Shown: positions 1 through 9,651 of the stretch, in pieces | Layout of the letters: the number at the start of each line of letters is the position of its first letter | Numbering within the stretch: position 1 is the first letter of the stretch | Assembly: GCA_002269645.1 (NCBI GenBank) | Contig: NIVC01000227.1 | Location: 637,525-701,524 of the forward strand | Length of the DNA: 64,000 bases | Source of the DNA: Macrostomum lignano | Taxonomy: Eukaryota | Direction of reading: 5' to 3' | Notes under the pieces: model-generated | The model's input: the letters and a program-made list of their open reading frames with translations, nothing else | The model's database searches: none | What the model was told of the DNA's origin: nothing | Translations under genes and position numbers: made by a program

Positions 1-147
1 GTTGAGAAGATTCGCCACGTTAACTCGAAAGCGGCGTCAAAGTTCAACAATAAATTTGCGGGAAACAAAAGAAGGCTTGATAATAGACGGGCTGGTAAAA
101 AGCGGTGATGCTCTAACGGTGTCATTTTTTCATGTCTGCATTTATTG

Positions 148-2004
148 GCATTATCATATAGACTATCGTTTTTTAATGCATTTTTTAATGAAGCTGTTAA
201 GTCACGATAAATTGCCATAGATTATGAGCGAGAAATTCACTGTTTTTATTAATTTAAGCAACAAGAACTTTAACAGGAAACAGATCGAGGATATAGCAAA
301 GCAAACGAATACCAAAGTATTTGATTTTCGACAGTTAAGACTTATAAGTACGAGCTATATATTCTTTGTTAGAATTTGAACGTGCACCCATCGAAGAGGC
401 AGTTGGCAAACATCGGCTGTTGCACACTTCGCAGGTCAACTTGAGCTTGCTGCATGACTGTTGCACTAGTGGTTGCACTCGTAGTCGCATCGGTTGGTGG
501 GGCCAAATTGTCACTAACAGCGGTAGCAACCTTCCTGAGGGTTCTGTCACGCTTGCGTGCGAGATAACGTCGAACAGTGGACTCCGATCGTTGTCCTGTT
601 ACCGCCATTATCTCCCCCATAGGCATTCCTTTGTCGAAAAGATCCGCAATACGCGTGACGCGTATGCAGTGATTCGTGTACTGCTTGGAGAGGTTGCACA
701 CACTACTAACGTGCTTCATGAATGCAGCCAACCAATTGACACCGCGCACTTGCGTAGCAGAGAATCGAATTTGTCCTCCCGAATTGTTAGTCAGAGGGCG
801 CGGAAAGAACGAGGACGAATTCTGCGGTAACAAACTCTGATAATGCAGGATCAACTCCCGCTGAGCGCCGTAGATCCGACTCTGTTTGCGCTGATTTCCC
901 TTGCATTTTGTTGGATCGCTAGTCTGGTTTTTTGTCTTTAACGGCGGCAACGCAAGATATGGATTCCCATCAGCGTCGACTTCTTCTTGGAGCGTGCCAA
1001 CTTGCTTTAGACTTGAAAGGTGCTCTTGACATCTCTTGCCCAGGACATACAGCAGCGTAAATAGTACTTCATCTTGCAACCGTTCTGCTGTAGAACGGTC
1101 AAAATAAGCACGCATTTTCTGTAAATCACCTTCTTCTATTGGCTCGTGCTGATTGACAGTGCCTCCATCAGCATGAAAATGCCGCACCTTTACTCGCAGC
1201 ATCCGGTTGGCAGTGGCGAACTCGTCACTGGAAATACGGCGTAATATTTGTTCGACGCTTCAGCACGAGAGTCAAGTACCTCTGCACTCCAGCACGAATG
1301 CAGACCAACGTAGCTGGCGAATAGCAACTGCCGTCAGATTTTTTTAGACAGAAGTAAAAGAACCTTAAAAATTCGGCCAAGCGACTGTCACTGATCACGC
1401 TTACATCCACAGCACCATGCTTCTTCAAAAACTCCACGAACATTTTGCCATACAGAAACATGTGTTCTCGTGTAGTGCTCGGCAGTGATTCCAGTTCGGC
1501 AACATCCATCGCACTGGGTAAATCAGATAGTTCTGGAAGCTCGACACTAGAAACCGCAGCGGCCTCATCAGCCGTCTCGATTTTAGTCAGGTAGTCGATA
1601 AAATCTCCAAGAATTTCATCGGAACTGTGGTTCACGGCGCTCAGTTCACTCAGAAAATCTAGTTCAGTAGACGAGACGCCATCTAAACTGTCGACCGGTA
1701 GGTTTTTCCAGTTGATAAGAGGCATTTTTAATTCGATTTCTCTCGCTTCTTGCTTCTAGTTCTTAACTTCCTAACAGACTTCATGGTCGAGCTTTTCTTT
1801 TAGAGAACTGTATTCTAAAAAATTGTCTATGGTCCAATTAGTGGGGGCTCTGCCCCCACACCCCGCAAGGGAGCTGCGCCCCCTTGTCCATGCTCACTGC
1901 CGAGCCAATATCTATGGCACGAAGACACTGCAGCGTTACTTAATGGCGTGGCTTAATGGCGTTACATAATGATCAACCGAAAACGCTAGTTTATATGATA
2001 ATGC
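148..2004 (-). mobile_element. Crypton-type tyrosine-recombinase DNA transposon, copy 1
   Basis: Contains a YR ORF (369-1725). It is bounded by a 25-bp inverted repeat with 23/25 identity: 148-172 gcattatcatatagactatcgtttt vs 1980-2004 aaaacgctagtttatatgataatgc. An inner IR also exists (tgccatagat 212-221 vs atctatggca near 1912). No clean terminal direct repeat was found, so the exact ends are uncertain. Confidence 0.75.
369..1725 (-). pseudogene. Crypton/DUF3504-family tyrosine recombinase, frameshifted (about 449 aa if repaired)
   Basis: ORF 1225-1725 has KKSDGSCYSPATLVCIRAGVQRYL, the N-terminal helical motif of the Crypton/ZMYM/QRICH1 family. ORF 369-1202 has HEPIEEGDL, LGKRCQEHL (catalytic R), YTNHCIRVT (HxxR) and TGQRSESTVRRY (catalytic Y; the second His is Q). 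Removing 7 bp at 1235-1243 joins them as TNIISSDEFATANRML. Confidence 0.85.
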
Positions 2005-2108
2005 GATTATGTCTATGGTTTCAGAATTAAATAATGATCAGCAGTCACTCGTGGCTTCGCCACTCGTGACTGTGATCATTATCCAAGTCTGAAACCATAG
2101 ACTTAATC
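2005..2108. other. Long imperfect palindrome capped by GTGGC-TTC-GCCAC, upstream of Crypton-1
   Basis: gtctatggtttcaga (2011-2025) pairs with tctgaaaccatagac (2088-2102). ataatgatca/tgatcattat and cagtcac/gtgactg pair further in. The apex is at 2051-2063. Confidence 0.85.
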
Positions 2109-2285
2109 TACCATTAAGATGGGGCAGTCATCATCTTCTAAGCCAGACTGACTTCATTTTAAAGTACATCGTAAACTATATATAGCAATGTCTATTCCTA
2201 AACGCTCTATGCGGCATTAAAATGTTTGATTGAAGTTCATAAATAAAATCGCCCGTGATAATTCGGGCAAATCCCATTTCTTACA

Positions 2286-2460
2286 CCTATACTAACTATA
2301 GAAATAAGTTGTCTGTCTTGTGTGGTTGATTTTTTGAAATTAAAAAACCGGCTCAACCGATTTTCATCAAACTTGCACCGTTCGATCAGAAATTTTCCAG
2401 TGACGGTACGTGTCGTGGCTAGGAAATCGCTCAATACTAAAGAGATTCAATATTCGAAGA
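2286..2460 (+). mobile_element. Non-autonomous Helitron/Helentron-like 5' end fragment
   Basis: ctatactaactata...gtctgtcttgtgtg...aaaccggctcaaccgattttcatcaaacttgcac resembles the 5' region of invertebrate non-autonomous Helitron families (Lep1/DINE-1 type). No 3' hairpin-CTAG end was identified. Confidence 0.45.
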
Positions 2461-2687
2461 ACATGCTGTTTTGCGAAGGTCAAGAAGAAAGATAAAAGAA
2501 CCGTTATTTCGACAATAAAAGAAGCGTCATGTCAACCATGTAAGACTCGTGGGGCAACTGCTAAGAAGTCAAGGGTCTGGGGTGTTTTCCGAAACTCTGC
2601 TCGAGGTTCATGAAGAATTGCGGAGACATCAAGACTCATATGGGGGGGGGATTGCTGAAATGCTGTGGCTCAACAATACCAAACTCC

Positions 2688-3235
2688 CTCACTGACCTCC
2701 CTCACCTCCCTCACTCTGACCTCCCTCACTCTGACCCTCACACTGACCTCCATCACGCTGACCTCCCTTACACTGACCCCCTCACATTGACCTCCCTCAC
2801 ACTGACCTCCATCACGCTGACCTCCCTTACACTGACCTCCCTCACATTGACCTACCTCACACTGACCTCCCTTACACTGACCTCCCTTACACTGACCTCC
2901 CTCACACTGACCCCCTCACATTGACCTCCCTCACACTGACCTCCCTTACACTGACCTACCTCACACTGACCTCCCTCACACTGACCTCCCTTAAACTGAC
3001 CCCCTCACATTGACCTCCCTCACACTGACCTCTCTCACACTGACCTCCATCACACTGACCTCCCTTACACTGACCTCCCTCACACTGACCTCCCTCACAC
3101 TGACCCCCTCACATTGACCTCCCTCACACTGACCTACCTCACACTGACCTCCCTCACACTGACCTCTCTCACACTGACCTCCCTCACACTGACCTCCCTC
3201 ACACTGACCTCCCTCACATTGACCTCCCTCACATT
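2688..3235. repeat. 15-bp minisatellite (ctgacctccctcaca)n, about 35 copies
   Basis: Direct tandem periodicity. It generates the spurious LTSLT ORFs. Confidence 0.95.
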
Positions 3236-3658
3236 AAAAATGAGTTTTTTTTTAGTTTTTATCGCCGGAAAAATTGTGAGGTCTCTAAGAATTTCCTCGC
3301 AAACTCGCTTTCCTTCCGTAGCAGATCAAATATTTTTGACGCGCACTGCTAATTAATACGAGCTGCTTCTTGACTGGAATAAATTAATAAATTTGGCTAA
3401 TTAGCGGTTTGCACCTGGCAAAGTCAAGCCAGACTTACTATTAATTTGGCCAAATTGTTGAATTCCTGTCAATTTGAGACTGTCTCAACGCATCTGAATA
3501 CTCACCTGTCATCAACGCTCTGTTGCAGGTGCGTTTGTGTAATCAACCTATCGTGTGCTTCTTCAAATTCAGCATAAATAACCGATGTATATTGCACTCA
3601 GAACTCGCAGGTAAACATTTTTGCTAACTGACCAAGGTATCTGCTTCAAGCAAACAGA

Positions 3659-4549
3659 ATGCCAACAAAGTCTTCGAGGCATCTTCTTCTTCTGGCGGCC
3701 ACTGCGGCGCTTTTGTGCGCCATCGCGGCCGCCAATCTGCCTGATAGCTCCGGCGTCAGAGCCATCGACTGGAGCAGAAAGCACAAGGGCGGACAGCGCT
3801 GGAACAAAGGCGGACAACGTTGGAATAAAGGCGGACAGCGCTGGAACAAAGGCGGACAACGCTGGAATAAAGGCGGACAGCGCTGGAACAAGGGCGGACA
3901 GCGTTGGAACAAGGGCGGACAGCGTTGGAACAAGGGCGGACAGCGCTGGAACAAAGGTGGACAGCGCTGGAACAAGGGCGGACAGCGTTGGAACAAGGGC
4001 GGACAGCGCTGGAACAAAGGTGGACAGCGCTGGAACAAGGGCGGACAGCGCTGGAACAAAGGCGGACAGCGTTGGAACAAGGGCGGACAACGTTGGAATA
4101 AAGGCGGACAGCGTTGGAACAAGGGCGGACAACGTTGGAACAAGGGCGGACAGCGCTGGAACAAGGGCGGACAGTGGAACAAGGGCGGACAGCGCTGGAA
4201 CAAGGGCGGACAACGTTGGATCAAGGGCGGACAACGTTGGAACAAGGGCGGACAGCGCTGGAACAAGGGCGGACAACGTTGGAACAAGGGCGGACAGCGC
4301 TGGAACAAGGGCGGACAGTGGAACAAGGGCGGACAGCGCTGGAACAAGGGCGGACAGTGGAACAAAGGCGGACAGAGCTGGAACAAGGGCGGACAGCGCT
4401 GGAACAAGGGTGGACAACGTTGGAACAAAGATGGACAGCGCTGGAACAAGGGCGGACAACGTTGGAACAAAGGTGGACAGCGCTGGAACAAAGGTGGACA
4501 GCGCTGGAACAGGAGCGGACAGCGTTGGAACAAGGGCGGAAGTTATTGA
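3659..4549 (+). CDS. Secreted repeat protein or peptide precursor: signal peptide + 36 x GGQRWNK
   Basis: Hydrophobic N-terminus (RHLLLLAATAALLCAIAAA), short linker, 36 heptapeptide units, then GGSY-stop. Differences between the 21-bp units are nearly all synonymous in this frame (aag/aaa, ggc/ggt, cag/caa, cgc/cgt, aac/aat). The three length variants each delete exactly one codon. A possible short 5'UTR intron lies at 3611-3657 (gtaaac...ctaac...acag). Confidence 0.85.
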   Translation: MPTKSSRHLLLLAATAALLCAIAAANLPDSSGVRAIDWSRKHKGGQRWNKGGQRWNKGGQRWNKGGQRWNKGGQRWNKGGQRWNKGGQRWNKGGQRWNKGGQRWNKGGQRWNKGGQRWNKGGQRWNKGGQRWNKGGQRWNKGGQRWNKGGQRWNKGGQRWNKGGQRWNKGGQWNKGGQRWNKGGQRWIKGGQRWNKGGQRWNKGGQRWNKGGQRWNKGGQWNKGGQRWNKGGQWNKGGQSWNKGGQRWNKGGQRWNKDGQRWNKGGQRWNKGGQRWNKGGQRWNRSGQRWNKGGSY

Positions 4550-5020
4550 ACCGTTTGCTACTCAACCAATCGGTGCTATGCTCTATGAACTCTGGTTTCT
4601 CCCACAATGAAAAATGAAATGAGAGTCTCTGTGTTAGTTTTTTCTTTTTATTGACTGGAACAATATAGCTGGAGTGTTCTTGTGTGAGTAGTATTTTGTG
4701 TATTTTTCTACGGAGCCCATATAATTATCGACAGTGATACAATATTTTCTTAATCATTCATGAATCTTGGGCGTTTTTTCGACATTTTTAGGGCGTTGAT
4801 GATGATTGCTTTTACGAACGAAATGTCGTAGTAGCATCAGAATGATATCTAAAAGTTTTTTTGGCTTAATTTCTCAATCTGGGCTTCGGTTACTGCTGCC
4901 TCCATGTCCCATATAGCCAATGCTTTCAAGTATTGAGTACCACATGGATTGTCACTGACAATAGCTGATGCATTAAGCCATATTTCAACATAGTTATTTG
5001 CGACGTAGTAGTTGTCTACT

Positions 5021-7600
5021 AGACGTAGTAGTAGTAGTCGACGTAGCGGTACGTGACTTACTTGACTTAGCTGCAGGGCTGTCCTGGGGGGGGGGCACAG
5101 CGGGAATGCGCGAACGTCCATTCCGCTAATCCCTGAACGGCCGACGCGTCGCTATAGACAAAGGGTTGGCGCCCCCCAGGGAGGTCCCCCAGTGTCGCCA
5201 GCAGCTATAGTGCTCTCTGGAAAGGAGAGTTCGGCCCTGCGGGTGGCCCGGAGGTAGCGCATGAGCTGATGAAAGTTTTCGGGTTTGCACACTTCAGTAA
5301 TAGATGTGTGTGGCCCGAGGTAAGTGAGTCTGGCGGAAATGCTCAGCGGTTTCGTCACCTGAGTTACAGAAACTGCAGATGGCGTTGGTGGTGTTGCCCT
5401 GCAGGTACTGGTGCCTAGAGAAGCAGCTGTGACCTAGGAGGGTCATGGTGGCAGCCCGGATGTCTCTGCGCGAGAGGCGCAAGAGGAGCTTCCGGAGCAG
5501 GTGAGAGGGCTGAGGGACAGCACCTTTGGATTGCCTGCATGTAGTGCAGTTCGCCCAGGTCGAGCGGTGCTGGGTCCTGATCCACGCTTTGATGCGCGAG
5601 TCAATGACACAGCCAGGAATCGGGACAAGAGGTTCGGGACCGAGAGAGGAGCCGGAGGCGCCAACTTTGCAAGGGCGTCAGCCAACTCATTTCCTCGGAT
5701 CCCCACATGCCCCGGAACCCACTTAAGGGTGATTTTGTTGGTGGAACCCAACATGTTGAGGAGTTTGATACAGTTGAGGACTGTAGCAGAATTGGTACTA
5801 CAGCCACTGATGGCGTGCAAGGCAGCTTGGCTGTCCGAATGGAAAATGATGTTCTTACCGGTTACGCCAGTGGCGAGAAGCTCTGCCGTGCAGGAGCTGA
5901 TGGCGAGAACTTCATTTTGGAAGACACTGAAGTTGACCCCAGTGTACTGAGCGTGGGTTGCGATGACCCTCTCGTTCAGGAAGATTCCAACACCAAAACC
6001 GGTGTTGGCTGACTGCTTAGAACCGTCGGTGTAGCAATGAAACTCACCAGGTTTCAAGTGGTCATTGATGGTATCGCGCGAGTCTATAGCTACGGAGTAG
6101 CGTTGTTTCAGGTTGAGCGTTGTTGAGGCAATGTCATCGGTGAAGACGCAATTGGCCTGACACTCGTTGAGAATGTTGAGGCACAGGTCGCTATGCGGGA
6201 CGAGGTTCCGCTTAGCAGTTGCCCTCATGTAAATGAATTTGACACCGGCATCAAGTAAGCGCCGCATCGTTCTAGCCGCCTCACCCCTGACGAAGAGGTC
6301 GAGAGGCGGTAGATTAAGGAAGGCCCCATGCCGGCAAAGGGCGTGGACCTGGTGGCGTTGCAGATAAGCCTACACGCTCTGCCCTGGATCGTGTTGAGCA
6401 AATCTGCGTGGCTTTTGACCTGGGTAGCGCTAACCCAGACAACCGAGGCGTACGTAATGGCGGGTCTAACTACGGAAGTGTAGATCCACCAAAGCCGCTT
6501 TGGGGATAGACCCCAAGAAGTGCCAAGTGCTCGTCGGAGCTGGGCCAGGATGGCTGAGGCACGCTTGGCTTTTGCTTTCACGTGGAAGGACCAGTTGAGC
6601 CGGTGGTCAAGTATGACCCTAAGACATCTGGTCTGGTGCGCGAAGGCAATATCTCTGCCGTATAACTGCAGAGGTCGTATGTTCCAGCGTATTCTGCTGG
6701 TGAACATAATGGCAACAGTTTTGGGCTCAGAGAGTTCCAGACCGTTGTCATTGGCCCAGGATTCGGCTTTGCGGATAAAGCTCTGCATCAGATCCCTGAG
6801 CGTGCTGGGAGACGGTCCTGCCACAATGGCAGTGACGTCGTCAGCATGCCCGACTTTGAAGACGGGATCAGGTCGTGAGTCGCCCAGGAGAGCGTCCATG
6901 ACCAGGTTCCAGAGCGTCGGGGTGAGGACTCCGCCTTGGGGTCCACCCTTACAGACTCTGGTGGAGGCAGTTTGCCCAAGAAGTTGGGCAGTGACCGTAC
7001 GGTTGGAGATCATGTACATGATCCACCGTATGAGGGTAGCGTGAGCTTTGCGGTTTTGAAGGGCCCTCTGAAACGCTTCAAAGATAACGTTGTCGAAGGC
7101 GCCAATAATGTCGAGAAAAAGAGCCAGGGCGTTACCGTCACCAAGTACTACCCGTTCAATCTTCTCGACAATCGCATGCAGGGCGCTGTCAGTCGACCTG
7201 GTACGGAAGGCGTGCTGATTATTGCTTGAGGGGCATTGCTGTCAGCTCGCATGAAAGCAGCGACCAGAGCTTGCTGACGTTAAGCTAATTGGCCTAAAGG
7301 CCTTGACGCTCTGGTAGTTCACCCTTCCCGGGTTTGGGAATGAAGACTACCCGAGCTTTGGTCCAGCACTTGGGAACGTATCCCAGCTGGATAGAGGCCC
7401 GCATGAGATTGCGAGTCTCAAGAACGAGGGTATATTGGCTGCTTCACGAAGAAGAACAGGGTAGATACCATCAGGTCCAGGAGATTTGAAGGGCTTGAAG
7501 GTTCTGACCGCACGAGCGATTAAGTCTTCAGTGATAATGCCCGCCGCTAGGGTGGCTCCCCTGACCAGGCCAGCTGACTCCCGCTCTGCTGCGACCCCCT
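5021..7600 (-). mobile_element. 5'-truncated, degenerate non-LTR retrotransposon with RT + RNase H (I/Loa/R1-like group)
   Basis: Fragments in several frames: PFKSPGPDGIYPVLL, FLDIIGAFDNV, GPQGGVLTPTLWN, GHADD, RNase H (YTDGSK, FQNEVLAI, SDSQAAL, WVPGHVGIRGNELAD) and a C-terminal CSFC...EH zinc knuckle. A possible (cta)n tail lies near 5025-5038. No endonuclease or ORF1 is visible. Confidence 0.9.
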
Positions 7601-7869
7601 GCTGTCTCGGTTCTGTCTCCCACTCAGCCACACGTGCCCTTCCGGAGCCCCTTTTTTCATTATGCACCTCGCCTACCTCCCCATTTTTCAAGCGCCCCAC
7701 CCCTTTATCATGTACTTCTCGCATTCCTCGTCTTACTCACCATGTTAGCCCGCTTTTCTTGCGCTGTCTCCTCCTCATCCCGTGCTTACTTACAGTATTG
7801 CTTGTGCTCACCGTCGCCCCATCCCCTTTTAGAATCCCAAACGGTGACGCAAGGCCTCTGACCCCTCCT

Positions 7870-8130
7870 TCACCCCGATGACTCATGACCCCCTCTTGCG
7901 CAACACTTCTTCGACCCCCGCTGTGCTCATTTCCCCCACCCCTCCTCCGGATTGCGCAATTCTCTCATTTCTCATGTTTGCTATGGCGTTCTCATGCTTC
8001 TCATCATGACTCATTCTGACGTCATTTCTCCGGCAGCGAATCAGAAAGAGGGAGTCATGGAAACGACCTTGGAGCGGCGGCCGTGAGGGCTATTTAAGGA
8101 AGCGGTTTTCGGCGTGAGAACCCTCAGACG
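7870..8130 (+). promoter_or_regulatory. Pol II promoter/enhancer-like cassette (AP-1, C/EBP, CRE, TATA), possibly an LTR or retroelement promoter
   Basis: TGACTCA at 7879 and 8007, TTGCGCAA at 7896, ATTGCGCAAT at 7951, TGACGTCA at 8017, and gggcTATTTAAgg at 8091. Motif matches only; function is untested. Confidence 0.45.
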
Positions 8131-9115
8131 TTTGCATTTTGACGCTTCGACTTCGGTCCTTCTCGTCCTCTCTTAGGACTTGCCATCAGACGTTGATCTG
8201 ACCCCACATTCGTCTATAGGACGAATCTCTGCCGGTCCGCGGTCCGATACCGTCAAGTTCCCTCAGCTCCCCAAGCGAGCTCATCTGCCGGCCCGCGGTC
8301 TGATACCGCCCAGCATCCTCAGCATCACCTGAGCTACATCAGCGCCTCGTCGCTCCAGCGCATCGCCGCTTCACTACCTGCCTGTCCGCAGCCAACAGTC
8401 GCCCTCGGTCACTCCATCGCTCTCTCTCTCTGTGCAGCCGCCGGTGAGCTCCTGTACTGATTTGTGCTCTAATTGCCTTCGCTTATCCGGGGTTTGCTTA
8501 TTTCCCATTGTTTGATTAGAGAGCTGAGCCAATTGTGTTACCGTATCTTTGCTGTACTTACTTAATAGGGAAGCCTAATTGCCTGTTTATTTCGCCTAAG
8601 GGCCTAATCATTAACAATTACTAAGCTCCTGATTTCTCACGCCTTCACCATCATTTCACTCATGGCTTGCTAAGCCTTTCTCTCGGGGTGGCAAAGCATA
8701 AGGAAGTTTGGGTAAGCTAATGGCCTCTCCCCGTGCAAAGCCCGCATGTGTATGCGTGCTGCGGGTCCGAGTGTGCGTGCAGTAGAGGGATTAGCGAGTC
8801 TTGGCACAGAATGGCAGCAGGAAGGTTGCAACCCCATGCTTACGCGTCCCTTCGCCCTGAGCAATCTAAACTATAGCTAGTACATTTTCGCCTCACACTA
8901 CTCTTAGTAATTGACGCCGCAAGTCCGCCTCATTCACAGCCAACAAAGGGTCCCCTGCTGAGAAATCCTCCAGATTGAGCCCAGAGTTCCCGAATATGCT
9001 CCAAGCAGTCCCTGTACTCGGCTGCATGCGTCTCCCCTGTTAGCCTAAATCCCCTGGTAACCAATCCAGGCGGGGCTCTAGCCTCGAGAGGTCTGGTAGT
9101 GAGATCCAGGTGCGC

Positions 9116-9651
9116 CAGGGGCGTCGCCACCAGGGGAGACAGGGGGACATGTCCCCCAGCAGTAAGAGCTATGGGGAGGACATGCCAATGCTTTGTCCCC
9201 CCTACCCCACCTTTGTTGACCTGTAATGGAAATCAATAATTTTGCTTCAGGGCGACAAAATATATGGTGTCTGCGACACAAAAATGAGTGCCTGGGGCGC
9301 TAAAATGAGTGCCTGTGGCGCTAAAATAAGTGCATGCCTGTGGCGCTAAAATGAGTGCCTGTGGCGCTAAAATGAGTGCCTGTGGCGCTAAAATGAGTGC
9401 ACGCCTGTGGCGCTAAAATGAGTGCACGCCTGTGGCGCTAAAATGAGTGCCTGGGGCGCTAAAATGAGTGCTTGGGGCGCTAAAATGAGTGCCCGAGGCG
9501 CTAAAATGAGTGCATGTCTGTGGCGCCAAAATAATCGCTGACAGCACCATTCTTAAACTAATGTACATGTAGGAATTTACTCATGTACATGTAAAATATG
9601 CAGAATTCTTGGCTTTGTCCCCCCACCCTAAAATCCATTGCGGCGCCTCTG
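9116..9651 (+). mobile_element. hAT-like MITE (CAGGGGCG termini) with an internal 21-25 bp tandem array
   Basis: Starts caggggcgtcgccacc and ends ...ggcggcgcctctg-like. It is the same family as 18171-18478 in opposite orientation. The unit gtgcctgtggcgctaaaatga repeats about 10 times at 9280-9530. Confidence 0.7.

Noticed and set aside
2610-3356. LTSLT-repeat ORFs, and similar ORFs at 20961-22110, 23367-24053, 32562-33203, 34728-35151, 39626-40171, 41782-42151, 46272-47520 and 50677-51450
   Set aside because: These are stop-free by-products of minisatellites, often with frame-shifting unit variants or located inside introns.
3569-4617. Overlapping ORFs in other frames of the GGQRWNK repeat (ADSAGTR, FQRCPPL, SALVPAL, EQGRTAL)
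   Set aside because: Repeat variation is non-synonymous in those frames and they lack a signal peptide. They are shadows of the 21-bp unit.
8930-9130. Short ORF (PLAHLDLTTRPL...) and the 31.8-32.4 kb block as DIRS/Ngaro remnants
   Set aside because: No recognisable RT, RNase H or YR motif. A database search would be needed.
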